Below, one piece after another: positions 25,975 to 39,553 of a stretch of 64,000 nt of DNA. The notes under the pieces were generated by a model, which did not search any database, was not told the origin of the DNA, and was given only the letters and a program-made list of their open reading frames with translations. The DNA comes from Octopus sinensis (Eukaryota). The position numbers and the translations under genes were made by a program. Numbering within the stretch: position 1 is the first letter of the stretch; each line of letters begins with the position of its first letter. The DNA is taken from assembly GCF_006345805.1 (NCBI RefSeq), contig NC_042998.1, forward strand, positions 166,594,001 to 166,658,000, read 5' to 3'.

Positions 25975-27180
25975 AGGGAAAATTCACAAGAAAAACAAAA
26001 GACGAAGATAGGTGGTGTAGACAACAAACAGATGTATTAGTATAACGCTCGGGAAGTGAAAAAGTCTTTAACGTTTCGAGCCTTCGCTCTTCCACAGAAA
26101 GGAACACAGACATAAACAAGGAGAGAAAATAAAGAATGTGTAGTGGCTAGCAATCTATCATGGCGAACGCCGGACAGAGGGGTCACGCGGGAGACCTTAG
26201 AAAAAGTGGAGATAATAAAGTAGTGGTGATCCTAAAACGAAGGTGCGCGTGCGTAGGTATAGGAGAGCATATATGTGCGTGTGTAAGAGGGCTGGTGACC
26301 TTGACGTGTGCGTGTGTGTATGTGTAGGTGTGTGGATGTGGGGCTGGGATGTGGTCAGTGCAAGTGTGTGCGTGGTGGTGTGATGTGATGTGATGTGATG
26401 TAATGTGGTGTTGTGTGGTATGGTGGTGTATAGTGTAGTGGTGTGTGGTGTAGTGTGATGGTGTTGGGAGGTGAGAATGATGAAAGCAAGGGTGGGGTAT
26501 GTGGGAGTGGGTGTAAGGGAAGGTGTGGGGTGGGATGGATGGATAGGGAAGGTGGGGTTGGATGTTGTGGGGGTGGGGTTACGAGGGAAGGGTGACGATG
26601 AAGGGAGAGGGGAAGAGAGATGGGTAGGAGTGAAGAGAATAGAGAAGGAGAGTAGGTATGAAGAGAAGTAGGAGTCGGAGCAAGAGAGGAGAGGTGGGTG
26701 GGAGAAAGTAGGTGTGAGAGGGAGGGAAGAGAGGGGAGGAGAGTTGAGTCCATGTGGAGCAAAAGAGCAAAGAGAGAATATTAATCCCTGTTCACGGCGC
26801 AAACGGGAGTCTGGATGACCCTGAGCAAGGACAATCCAAATACAGACAGGTGTTGCAAAGAGTGACCGGTAGAGCGGAAATGGCGCGAGACCGGGGTGTC
26901 ATTGCCGAGTCGGATGTCACAGAGGTGTTCCGAGAACCAGTCAGCCAAGCGACGTCCCATTTGCCCGATGTATAGAGAAGGGCAGAGAAAGTATAAGATG
27001 CAGTAGATGACATTGGTCGAACTGCAGGTGAAGAAGTCAGAGATATGATAGGGTCGATGATAGGTGCCGGTGAGGAGGGTGATGTTGGAGAGGGCGAGGG
27101 CGACAGTGTGGGCAGGAGCAGAGGAACGAGCCGGGTTAGGATGTTGGGTTAAGGAAGAAGCTGTGGACCAAGAGGTCTCA
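25975..27180 (-). mobile_element. 5'-truncated Penelope-like retroelement (GIY-YIG endonuclease, CT/CA-rich 3' region, pLTR)
   Basis: Reverse strand translates FTCSSTNVIYCILYFLCPSLYIGQMGRRLADWFSEHLCDIR..VSRHF, then (frameshift) RREQGLIFSLCSFAPHGLN; ends in a repeat shared with 2270-2456. Confidence 0.88.
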
Positions 27181-27412
27181 TAGACATAGTGCTAGACATA
27201 AAAAATAAGCCATTTGGGGCTAGAAATAAAGCGGAAAAACATGAAATTCTTCGAGCTGGTATGTGTCTTCTGCGAAATCTGTGATGAGCCCGAGTGACGA
27301 TGATGATCTAGATTCGCCGCTGATACCTACATGTGTGTGTGTGTGTGTGTGTGTGTGCGTGCGTGTGTGTGTGCGTGTATGTGTGTGTGTGTGCGTGTGT
27401 GTATGCGTGTGT

Positions 27413-27470
<58 letters not shown>

Positions 27471-27473
<3 letters not shown>

Positions 27474-27630
27474 ACTGGCTTCTTTCAGTTTCCGTCTACC
27501 AAAACCACTCATAAGGCTTTGTTCGGCCCGAGGCTATATTGGAAGATACTTTTCTAAGGTGCCATGCAGTGGGACTGAACCCAGAATTATGACGGTAAAG
27601 CTTTTTACCACACTGCCAAGCCTGCGCCTG
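27471..27630 (-). mobile_element. SINE family A head and body
   Basis: GGCTTCTTTCAGTTTCCGTCTACCAAA..GCCTGCGCC. Confidence 0.78.
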
Positions 27631-28349
27631 AAAAGAAACGCGGTATGATTAGACTCCGGATACTGGAAATTAAAGAAAAGCATAAGCATTATTACCTGCT
27701 TAATTAATGATATTTAATTTAGTTTTATACAATAAAGCTATGTACCTGGACCTATGATTTAGCTTGGGGTTGTACTAACAGTATCATATTTGAATACAGA
27801 ATAGAAAAACAAATGTAACGTTTTCAGACCGTAATGAAAAAAGTCTGTCTAAAACCAGTATAACTCAGCAATAAATTGAACAATTTTGATAAAGAATTCT
27901 TACTAAGCCATCTAGATAAGAGCAAAGGATCATTTCTGAAGTCTTATCAAAATGTCGCAACTGTATACGATAGTGATGTTAAGGGATACAGAAGAAAACT
28001 GAAGCGATAAATTTGAGGAACTAGGGAAGTACTATTAGAATGGAATGGTTAGACGGAGAAGGGGTAAGCTAAGTTTGAATTGGTTTGTGTTGTGAGAAAT
28101 GAAGGGTACGTCTAGAGAAATAAAGAATGAAGGAGCAGGCTCAGTATGGTTGTTAAAACTGTAATCTAATGTATGTGCGTGAAATAAAAATGGATATTCC
28201 TGGCCCACTTTGAGAAAATATTGACCTAAGTACAGGCATACTTCAAGTTACGTCGGTAAATGGTTCTAGTAATCAAAATCTACGACTTAACTCGAAAAAG
28301 AACGTTACACGAAAAAAAGTATTTAAAAAATTTAATAGCTTTTTGTTGT

Positions 28350-28545
28350 TTTTACTTGTTTCAGTCTTTTTGACAGTGGCCATGATGGAGCACAGCCTTG
28401 TAGGGTTTTAGTCGAACAAATCGACCCCAGGACTTATTCTATCAGTTATTTTGCCGAACGGCTAAATTACGGATATTTGAACATGCTAACACTGGTTATC
28501 AAACGGTGATGGGAAAGGGACACAAACGCAGACACAAAGACACAT
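28350..28545 (-). mobile_element. SINE family A tail
   Basis: TTTACTTGTTTCAGTC..GTCGAACAAATCGACCCCAGGACTTATTC. Confidence 0.72.
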
Positions 28546-28964
28546 ACATTTGATGAGAAGATAGATTTTTACCAGTCGACAAAGTGTTAGAATGAATTTT
28601 GAGCAAAATAATAGCTAAATGAAGAGATAAATAGGAGACGAAAGGAATGTTCTACTTGTACCGCGTTGTCTGCAGACGAACACCATCAATCACTTGTCTC
28701 CATAATTCCTTTTTTGCATTGCTCTTGGTACATCGCACTTCTGTAGACGAGTGTCTTCAACTAGTTGGTCAATAAATGTCCTGGCAGGACGATCACTAGA
28801 TCGCTTACTGTATGTTGGTTCTCACGTCAGTATTTAACTTACTAATTCATCCTTACTACGAAAGTAGTGTCCACAAAATCTCTGCCTTCTTTCTCTTAGA
28901 CGATTACCCTAAGTGCAAGTTTTGAAGAATGCAGTTTGATTTAAACAGTTATTTTTTACAAGGC

Positions 28965-29697
28965 TATAATGGAAGCATATTCGGTATATTTTGCTTTATG
29001 AGTTCAATAAAGACAACAACGCAACGGTAAGTGCGAGGAATATTTATGCAGTATATGGGGATCGGAATATAAGCGTAAGTCAACGTCAGCAGTGGTTCCG
29101 GAAATTCCGAGCCGGAAACCACAGCCTGGAAGACGAGCCTCGTCTTGGAAATCTGTAGAGCTCGACGAGGACGCTCTGCAAACTTTGTTGGAACAAAATC
29201 CCATCGTAACTGTTGAGGAACTAGCAGAGAAGCATGGATTTAATCATTCAACCAGTCGTTCAAATCAGCGCTAGAAGAAAAACGACCATCTTTGATTTCA
29301 AGACGAAAGGCGTTCTGCCATCAGGATAATGCTCGGCCACATATAGTGAGGATGACATTCCAAAGGCTGGAGTAATTTGAATAGGAAACGATGCCCCACC
29401 CACCATATTCGCCGGATCTCCCCATCAGATTATGATTTATTCCGCATTCTTCAAAATCATTTGAATGAAAAAAATATGAATTCTGTAGAGGAGATCAAAA
29501 CAGTACTGGAGGAGTATTTTTCGTCATGGACAAATGAATTCTGGAAGAGCGGCCTTGCAAGTCTGCCAGATAGATGGAAGAGCATTGTAGATAATGAAGG
29601 AGAGTATATTTTAAATTGAAAAAAAAACTTTGTTTATTTTAATTTTGAAATATAAAAGAAGTATAAAAAGCCACATTATTTATGGAATGACCCAATA
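28965..29697 (+). mobile_element. Truncated, internally deleted mariner related to the 3038 element
   Basis: VELDEDALQTLLEQNPIVTVEELAEK, HQDNARPH, SPSDYDLFRILQNHL, DRWKSIVDNEGEYI; right TIR TTATGGAATGACCCAATA. Confidence 0.85.
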
Positions 29698-30151
29698 TAT
29701 ATGTATGCATGCAGGGACTGTGGTCGCATGCGATAGACGTGATAGTTCTGTACACGACAACGATTCGTAAGCAAGTTCAATACACGGATCTTAGCCAAGT
29801 ATGTAACAGCAAGTTTTCATGTCTAACTTCGTAAAATGCTAAATCCTTTTGAGGTGCATGGACCCTTGATCAAATAGAAATAGCAGCTAATTATTTATTA
29901 AAGCACACTATATTGTCGTGAAAAAGAAGCAACCCATTGGATAATGTACTCAGAGACAGCCCCATAAAAACAGTACAATAAATAATGGAATGCGTTTGAT
30001 CATAGGTTCTTTTGATCAGAAATGACCTAAGGCTAAACATTAAAATGATTACGCAATTACATCCTTGATATGGCACACTTTCAGACCAACTACTGCAATG
30101 TATTTCTGTTTGGGTGCTCTCGTTATCATTATTATCACTATTTCTATCGAG

Positions 30152-30460
30152 TGGAGGCGAAATGGCCCAGTGGTTAAGGCAGCGGACTCGCGGTCGGAGG
30201 ATCGCGGTTTCGATTCCCAGACCGGGCGTTGTGTGTGTTTATTGAGTGAAAACACCTAAAGCTCCACGAAGCTCAAACAGTGGGGGAGTGACCCCTTTTG
30301 TAGTCTTTCGACACAAATTTCTCTCACTCTCTCTTCCTATTCTTGAGTAACGCTGCGATGGACAGGCGTCCCGCCCAGCTGGGGGGGAACACATACGCCA
30401 CAAAGACCGGGAAACCGGGCCCATGAGCCTGGCTAGGCTTGAGAAGGGTGCATAAATAAA
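30152..30460 (+). mobile_element. SINE family C with V-domain-like tail
   Basis: A box TGGCCCAGTGG, B box GGTTTCGATTCC, no acceptor-stem closure; tail CTGCGATGGACAGGCGTCCCGCCCAG resembles the V-SINE domain (from recall). Confidence 0.8.
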
Positions 30461-31691
30461 ATTAAAATTTCTATCGAAGGCGGTGAGCTAAAAGAATGGT
30501 TACCACGTTAATTTAAACTCAGAACTTAAGGAAGGACAAAATGCTTAGCGGCATTTCGTTCTGAGTTCCGACACCACTAAGCTCGATTTTACCTTTCATT
30601 CTTTTGGGATCGATAAAATTACTACCAGTTGAACATTTGAGTCCATTTAAATCAACTTACCCCTTCCCTTACAACTGCTAATGAAACCATTATTAATTCT
30701 ATAATTTATTTACATTTCAATCACACCATATTAGCATGTTTGAATGTTAATTAAACTTAACATTTGATCTATGATTACCACAGAATGAAAAAGTCGAAGA
30801 ATTCAGCCCCAGCACTTATTCTGAAGTCTGGTGATTATTCTATAGACTATTTCTGACAAACCACTAAATTACAGGACTGTAAAAGAAAACAGTACCGTCT
30901 GTTAAATGGTGGTAATGAAACAAAAGCACAAAGACAGACAGACGTTCAGGCAGACAGATAAATACACACACACATGCACATACACAAACACGCACACATA
31001 TTCATATATACACACATTTATTCAACGGTATCCACAGAGTCTCTGTCGACCAAATTCTCTCATCAGGCATTGAAGAAACTTGCCCGAGGTGGTCGTGTCG
31101 AAACCACGTGATTACGAAATGAATTTCTTTACCGCACAGCTATGCTTGCCTATATTATGTGTCTGTATACAAATATATAAGATTACACCAACGCAAACGT
31201 GCGCACGCGCACACACACTCACACACACACACATACAAACTCTCACAACAATATATACATATATATATATATATATAACATTACCAAAGAAAGGGTGGTG
31301 GGTGACACTGACTTCGAAGTTTCTACCCGATGGCTTTCATCGGAATTTACTGTTACACTCTTGTAAAAGTTTAATAAATTTGTACTCTACTCGAAAGTAT
31401 TGAGCAGAAACAACTAAGTGGCTCGAAGGCCGAGTTCGTGCGTTGGCATGTATACATACATACATACATATATACATACATATATATACATCTATATATA
31501 CATACACACACACACACATACATACATACATACATGCATACATGCATACATACATACATACATATACTGAATAATATATATTATATGTATATATGTGTAT
31601 ATGTATACATATATAATAAACGATATATATATATGTGTGTATATGTATTTGTGTGTATATATATATGTATGTATGAATGTATGTATGTGTG

Positions 31692-31734
<43 letters not shown>

Positions 31735-31952
31735 GTGTGTGTATATATATGTATGCATGTATGAAAGTATGTATGTATGTATGTATGTATGTGTGTTGTA
31801 TGTATGTATATTTTTATACACAAACATTTGCAGTGTTCTCCAAATCATGAAATTTCACCGTTTCACTTATGACGTTTATATGATAAATATCCTTAACACA
31901 CAGACACACACTCACTAACGCACGCACATACACATATACGCGCACGCACACA

Positions 31953-31991
<39 letters not shown>

Positions 31992-32267
31992 ACATATATA
32001 TTGTATGCTACGCATAGATATATATACAATATATAGTCTGTTTATTGTTTTGTCCCTCGTCCGTTTACTAACGGTCTCGTCTTGTAATATTTTGGTCCCA
32101 TTCACAGTGCCTCCATAGTGGAAGCAATGTTATCGATAATGGCCGAAATTGCGCTATGACCTTCTGGCCGATAACTAATGAGGAGTTGGTGACCTTCTGT
32201 ATTTTCTGTACGTTTGTGTATTTAGTATATGTTCGTATGTTTATTTACTATACGTGTTTTTGAAAAA

Positions 32268-32322
<55 letters not shown>

Positions 32323-32492
32323 CTTGTGTGTGTGTATCAAGATTGTGGCGTTGAGATGGTGATATTTACTTCTATGACTGGAAAAGGTTGTTGTGGGGAT
32401 GGAAGTGCATCACGAAGGTAAAAATATCAAAATTGATGCCATATTCACTCGTTTGTTATCCATTTTATGTTTAGACACGAAAACAAAACAAG

Positions 32493-32493
32493 A

Positions 32494-32543
<50 letters not shown>

Positions 32544-32950
32544 TTGGTGGTGGTGGTAGTGGAGGTGGTGTTGGTGGTGGTAGTAGTAGTTGTTGCGTTA
32601 GTTGTAGTAGTAGTAGTAGTAGTGGAAGTAGTCATAATTGTTGTTGTTGTGGTAATTGTAGAAGCGCCTAAAATCTATGGATGAGTGCGTATAAAGTAGA
32701 CAAAGAAGAGGAGGTGGAAGGAGGAGGAGGAGAAGGGAGGAGGAAGAAGAAAGAGAAGAAGAAGAAGAAGAAGAAGAAGAAGAAGAAGAAGAAGAAGAAA
32801 GAGAAGAAGAAGAGAAGAAGAAGAAGAAGAAAAGAAGAAGAAGAAGAAGAAGAAGAAGAAGAAGAAGAAGAAGAAGAAGAAAAGAAGAAGAAGAAAGAAG
32901 CTGTAGCGGAGGAAGAGGAGGAAAGAAGAAAGATAGAGAAAAGGAGGAGA
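32493..32950. repeat. (TAG)n, (TGG)n and (GAA)n low-complexity tracts
   Basis: Directly visible. Confidence 0.9.
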
Positions 32951-33422
32951 GGCTAAGAAAAGTAGAAGAAAAAGATCAAAGAAGGAAATATACGTGAGAG
33001 CAAGCGTGGGAAAATTTGTAAGATGAGGTTTTCGCGCCAAATCTATTACGATGTATAAAAAAATAAATAAATAAACAAATAAAGGTGGTCTGAAGAATAA
33101 AAGCAATGTAACAAAGAAAAGAAAGGAGTTAGAAACACGCAACGAAAGGAGAATAGCGAAGAAAGGAAAAGGGAAAATATATAACCATATTAAATAAAGA
33201 AACAATGATAAGGTGACGGAGTGTTTACTGGCGTCTGGTTTAGTGTGGTGGAATGTGCATGTATAGATACATGCATACACGTGCATACACATATGCATGC
33301 GCACGTGTACACATAAAAACTCAAATGCAAACACAAACACATACATACGCACTGGCATACACATTTCTTATCTGTATATATATGTTTGGATGTACACGTG
33401 TGTGCTTGTGTGCGTTTGCGTC

Positions 33423-33456
<34 letters not shown>

Positions 33457-33690
33457 GTGTGTGTGTGTGTGGTGTGTGTGTCTGTGTCTGTGAGTGCGTA
33501 TGTGTGTGTGTGTGGCTGTGTGGTAAGAAGCTTGTTTCCCAACCACATGGTCCCAGGCTCAGTTCTACTGCGTAGCACCTTGAGCAAGTGTTTCTACTGT
33601 CGCTTAGGGTTGGCCAAAGCCTTGTGAGTGGATTTGGTAGTCAGAAACTGGAAGAAGCCCGTCGTGTGTATACATACATACATACATACA

Positions 33691-33790
<100 letters not shown>

Positions 33791-33886
33791 ATATACATAT
33801 ATATATATATATATATATACATACATTATATAATATATATATATACAGTAATCTCTCGACTATCCCGGGTGTTAGAAACAGTACTG

Positions 33887-34597
33887 TATTCTTTTACTTG
33901 TTCAGTCATATGACTGCGGCCATGCTAGAGCACCACCTTCAGTCGAACAAATCCACCCTAGGACTTATCCTTTGTAAGTCTAGTACTTATTTTTCTGTTA
34001 CTTTTACCAACCGCTAGGTTACTGGGATGTAAACACACCAACATCGGTTGTTAAGTGATGGTGGGGGACAGACACACGCCAGCATATACATACATCTATA
34101 TATGGGGAAACATATACATATATCTATATATAGGCGGTGAGCTGGCAGAAACGTTAGCGCGCCGGGCGAAATGCGTAGCTGTATTTCATCTGTCGTTACG
34201 TTCCGAGTTCAAATTCCGCCGAGGTCGACTTTGCCTTTCATCCTTTCGAGGTCGATAAATTAAGTACCAGTTACACACTGGGGTCGATGTAATCAACTTA
34301 ATCCGTTTGTCGGTCCTTGTTTGTCCCCTCTGTGTTTAGCTCCTTGTGGGTAGTAAAGAAATATATATCTATATATGGGGAAATGGCTAAAATTTGCCGT
34401 TTATAATTATAGTATGTTACATATATGTGTGTGTGTGTGTTCGACGGGCTTCTTTCAGTTTCTGTCTACCAAATCCACTCACAAGGATTTGGTCGGCCCG
34501 AGGCTGTTGAAGACACTTGCCCAAGGTGTCTTCTACAGTGAGAGTGAACCCGGAACAATGAGGTTGTAAGCAAGCTACTTACCACATTCCTGCGCCT
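33887..34597 (-). mobile_element. SINE family A split by a family B insertion
   Basis: Tail 33887-34075 and head 34443-34597 on the minus strand. Confidence 0.75.
34133..34362 (+). mobile_element. SINE family B, full length
   Basis: Near-identical to 7016-7247. Confidence 0.9.
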
Positions 34598-34748
34598 GTT
34601 GTATATATATATATATTTAATATTTTTATTGTTTGTATATATTTATTTTATTATAAATGTAAAACAAAATCGACGTAAGGGTAACTAAGGAACCGCTATA
34701 GTTGAACCGCGATAGGTGAGCCATAATATGGCGAGGGATCTCTGTATA

Positions 34749-34784
<36 letters not shown>

Positions 34785-35122
34785 GTGTGTCTGTGTTTGT
34801 CCCCCACTCCAACCATCACTTGACAACCGATGCTGGTTGTTAACGTCCCAGAAGCCTAGCGATTCGGCAAAACCAACCGATAGAAAGAAATAACTAGCGG
34901 TTCGGCAAAACAAACCGATAGAAAAATAAGTACCAGGCTTACAAAGAACAAGTCCTGGGTTCAATTTGTTCAACCAAAGGTGGTACTCCGGCATGGCTAC
35001 AGTCAAAGGACAGAAATAAGTAAAGGAATAAAAGTATATAAATATATATACATACATACATACATATCAGTATGTATGCATATATCTATATATATATATG
35101 ATTATATATATGTATATATGTA

Positions 35123-35345
35123 TATTCTTTTACGTGTTTCAGTCATCTGACTGCGGCCATGCATCGCCTTTAAAAGTTTTAGTCGATCCCAGAACTTGTT
35201 TTTAAAATCTAGTACTTATTCTATCAAACTCTTTTGCAGAACCGCTAAGTTACAGAGCCGTAAACACACCAGCAACGATGATCAAGCAGTGATTAAGTGG
35301 TGAATGGGGATAAAGGCAAGCACAAAGGCAGACATAAACATATAC

Positions 35346-35376
<31 letters not shown>

Positions 35377-35394
35377 TGTATGTATGTATGTATG

Positions 35395-35465
<71 letters not shown>

Positions 35466-35632
35466 GTAAATGGTATATATAAACGACGGACATTTTTCAA
35501 TTTCCGCTTACCAAATACACTCACAAGGCTATAGTGGAAGACGCTCGCCCAATGTACCACGCAGTGGGGCTGAACCCGGAACCATGTGGGCGGGTAGCAG
35601 GCTTCTTACCAAGCAGCCACGCCTGCGCCTGT
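35123..35632 (-). mobile_element. SINE family A
   Basis: Tail, (TATG)n/(TA)n, head in reverse complement. Confidence 0.8.
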
Positions 35633-35686
35633 ACACCCAGCCACGCTTCCTACGTATATGCATATACATGTGTGTGGGTATGTGTA

Positions 35687-36787
35687 TTTTTTATATCTGT
35701 CCTTTTGCTGTCCTGGGTTCGTATGCATTCGATCCTTCTTCAGGAAAATCTACGCTTCCAGTAGTTTTTCTAATGCTCGTTGCTTAGTTTTTCTTGGAGG
35801 GCTGGCCGTGATCTAGTAATCTCAAGATTAATCAGCCGAAATTACTACGATGATCCGGTTCTTGAATGAAGACTGAGGGGTTCGAATGTCCTGTCCATGT
35901 TATTGTATCGTCTTCTAAGAGTTATACGTTCTTGTCCATGTTGTATTTTTCTACATACCTTAACATATATTCCAGGCGCCCCGTACCCCCCTTATCATTA
36001 ATGTGAACACATATTCTTAATAATTGGTACGACTCTGTGTTGTCTCTCTCTCTCTCTCATTTTACTTGATCTGTCCCCCCTCTCTCTCTTTTCTCTCTAT
36101 CATCTTCATTTCCTTGATCCCTTGGTCTAGTCTTCCACTACCCTCCTATTTCTTTGTTCGCTCTGCACTCACAGGTCATTCTTCGACACCCATCCCTTTA
36201 CTCTCTGATTCCTTCTTTCTCTCTCTTCTCTCTCTTTGCTGCGTTTTTGTCCCCCTTTTCTCTCTCTCTCTTCCTTGCTTCTCTTTCTTTTCTTTTCCCT
36301 CTTCTCTGTCACGTGACTGTGGCCGAAATCTGCCTTTCAGCTCCTGACCATCGTCGTGTTAACATCGTGTTTTCGTCCGCCGCTATAAAGGCTTTTTCCA
36401 ATGCGCCAGAGAAAAATTTGTTTGCTTGTTATCAGTCGTAGACACTTGTTGTTTTCACCGTTAAGTTCTGTATTTCATGTTTCTGTATTCCATTATTGTT
36501 TTTTGTTTTTTTTTTATATCTGTCCCTTTTGCTGTCTGGTGTTCGTATGCATTCGACTTCTCCCGGAAAAATCTACGCTTCAGCTTAGTTTTTCTAATGC
36601 TCGTTGCTTAGTTTTTCTTGGAGGGCTGGCCGTGATCTAGTAATCTCAAGATTAATCAGCCGAAATTACTACGATGATCCGGTTCTTGACTGAAGACTGA
36701 GGGGTTCGAATGTCCTGTCCATGTTATTGTATCGTCTTCTAAGAGTTATACGTTCTTGTCCATGTTGTATTTTTCTACATACCTTAA
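35687..36787 (+). mobile_element. Element with ~280-bp direct repeats (35687-35962 and 36509-36787), probably a Penelope-type partial tandem
   Basis: Near-identical blocks flank a CT-rich spacer; no coding motif seen. Confidence 0.55.
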
Positions 36788-36796
36788 TATGATGTG

Positions 36797-36831
<35 letters not shown>

Positions 36832-36923
36832 AATTTCAACAATTGAGGGTAAAATTAATTAATTATAACAATTTCACCAAGTATTCAGTATGTAAAGGGA
36901 CCATTATAGGCGAATTCAAAATA

Positions 36924-37246
36924 TACATTATATATAAGGGCTTAGTAAAATTAAATTACTTTGCCAAATACTGAACTCATTAGAAATAGCAGCTAAAAAA
37001 TTTCTTCAGCTATTTCTAATACTTAAAGAAGATCTCTCTCAGATAGTGTTTGCCTAAACTAACTCACAAAAGTATGGGGAAAAAAACAATGTTTAATGTT
37101 TTTTTCCCCATACTTTTGTGAGTTAGTTTAGGCAAACACTATATGAGAGAGATCTTCTTTAAGTATTAGAAATTTCTTAGCTGCTATTTCTAATGAGTTC
37201 AGTATGTGGCAAAGTAATTAGTTACTAAGCCCTTATATATAATGTA
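36924..37246. repeat. Long inverted repeat (arms about 155-165 bp, almost no spacer) between (TA)n tracts
   Basis: ..CTAAACTAACTCACAAAAGTATGGGGAAAAAAACA pairs with TGTTTTTTTCCCCATACTTTTGTGAGTTAGTTTAG.. Confidence 0.92.
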
Positions 37247-37328
<82 letters not shown>

Positions 37329-37546
37329 CGGAGATAAACTCGCATAGCAAGTGGACCTGATCTGAGATCGTGTGCTGGAACGAAAACATTGCAGCGTGCA
37401 AGGTGTTTATAAGCCATTTAAGAAACACACAAAAACCGTGAGATTCACTTCAACATTTAAATTATATTTGCCAAAATATTATCGCCGCTTTGAGACCGCG
37501 ACCTGTTCACTGACAAAATTCCATGCTGCACCTTAATACACCGGCA

Positions 37547-37617
<71 letters not shown>

Positions 37618-38594
37618 TTTACTAACTGTTTGACTAAATTACACATGAAAGCATCGTGGATGTGTAGGACACCTCCATCACATGTTCCGTGACAATGTGT
37701 TAAGTTTGATAGATATTCAATATGGCTTCTAGCTGTTCAGTCCTCTATTGATCAGCTTAGGCCGTGTGGTATTAATGTTATCAAAGTGACATCAACAATT
37801 TTCTTTATTTGTTAGGTCCACGTGCTCGAACGGTATATTGGTAATGTGCTGGCAGCCCTTTAGCAGCAGGCTGTGGTATAATATATTAAGTGACATTATT
37901 TCTTGTATTGGGTATGATACATGATGATGTAAGACGTTGGCGCGAACCAGTAACTCTGTCATCATTTAGGATATCGTTTAGTGTTGATCTCTCCAAGCAA
38001 CGAGGTCTATTTCGTCATCCTAAGAATGAGTGATGGCTCGTGCAGTGACTTTAATGACGTGTTGACCTGACTCTTTCGTGTGTGACCATTTTCAATTCAT
38101 TGGTAAGAACACCTCAAGACGACTGTGAACGGAGACAGATGCACGCGATCTCCAAGTTTTCTGATCTACCTTATCTTGCTCTCGGCATTCCACAATGTGC
38201 TGCTGCAGCCACCTTCAGCCTCCATTGGCCTATGAATGTTTCCTCTGCAAAGTCCGTCGGATTCAGTCTTCTTCAGTCGCAATATGCTAATTAACCAGCT
38301 GGGATCCTAACAGGGGTTACTACTGCGGAGTCAGAGTATATCTGGAAACAATAGTGGCTCAAAAGGGGTTCCAGGGCATGGATTGAGTATAAGCACATGA
38401 GTGGCAGCAGTGTTTATATAGAACTTTGACATTATTGCATTACAAATGAGGTTCCACGGTGGAATTTGAACTCAGGAGGTACAGACGGATGGAATGCCGC
38501 TAAGCATTTTGGCCGGCCTTCAAACGATTCTGCCAGTTCACCGCCTCACACACACATGCATGCACCCCCCCACACACACACACATATATAGGTT

Positions 38595-38800
38595 TGAAAT
38601 ATTGACACGAAGCTAGCAAATTAGGGGAAGCGCTAAGTCGATTAAATCGACCCCAGTGCGCAACTGGTACTTATTTTATCGATTCACGAAGAATGAAAGG
38701 CAAAGTCGACCTCAATGGAATTTGAACGCAGAACATAAAGACGGAAGAAATGCCACAAAGCATTTCGCCCGACATGGTAATGATTCTGCCACCTCGCCAC
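38595..38800 (-). mobile_element. SINE family B (a further head fragment lies at 38455-38546)
   Basis: GTCGATTAAATCGACCCCAGTGCGCAACTGGTAC..GGCAAAGTCGACCTC. Confidence 0.8.
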
Positions 38801-38909
38801 CTCGCACACGCACACACACGTGCGGTCACATACATCTCACATATATGTGTGTGTATATATACACACTCACAAATATGTGTGTGTATATATATATATACAT
38901 ATATATATA

Positions 38910-39011
38910 TATACTATAACCTCAGGTCGACCAAAGCCTTGTAAGTGGATTTCGTTCACGGAAACTGAAAGAAGACTGTCGTATACATGTGTATATATAT
39001 ATTTTTGTTTT

Positions 39012-39083
<72 letters not shown>

Positions 39084-39290
39084 TGTGTTTGTGTCTGTGT
39101 TTGAAACCTACCATCGTTTGACAACCGATGTTGCTGTGTTTGCGTCCCAGTAACTCAGCGGTTCGGCAAAAGACACTGATAGAATAAGTACTAGGCTTAC
39201 AAAGAATATATCCTGGGGTCGATTTCTTCGACTAAAGGCGGTGCTCCAGTATGGCCGTAGTCACATGACTGAAACAAGTAAAACAATAAA
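38910..39290 (+). mobile_element. SINE family A, 5'-truncated
   Basis: Body, (TG)n and complete tail. Confidence 0.83.
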
Positions 39291-39553
39291 AAAAACACTA
39301 TGCCATTTCCATCCCGAGCAACGCCGTGTATCTGCTTGTTTGTGTGGTGTATTATATATATTATATATATATAATAATAAATATTAGGGAATATATCCAA
39401 ATTTACAGGGAAAAAAAAATCAGATTTAGGATTAAATCCAATAATTTATAGTAAAATATTATAAAATATATTTGAGACAAAACCACTATTTTGCAAAACA
39501 AACAAGGAAAGACTTAATCAATACATAAATTTAATAAATAGTCAAAAAAACCG

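Noticed and set aside
30152-30226. tRNA-Arg(TCG) gene
   Set aside because: A and B boxes are present but the acceptor stem does not close and the sequence runs into a dispersed SINE body
37440-37525. Hammerhead-like fold on the minus strand (GTGAACA-GGTCGC..GCGGC-GATA)
   Set aside because: Both core boxes carry substitutions; cannot be supported from one copy
37620-38400. Possible decayed R2-like LINE remnant
   Set aside because: Only vague motif fragments, on conflicting strands; needs BLASTX
39310-39340. Helitron 3' end (CCCGAGCAACGCCGTGTATCTGCTTGT)
   Set aside because: Hairpin is imperfect, the terminal CTAG is absent and no matching 5' end lies upstream
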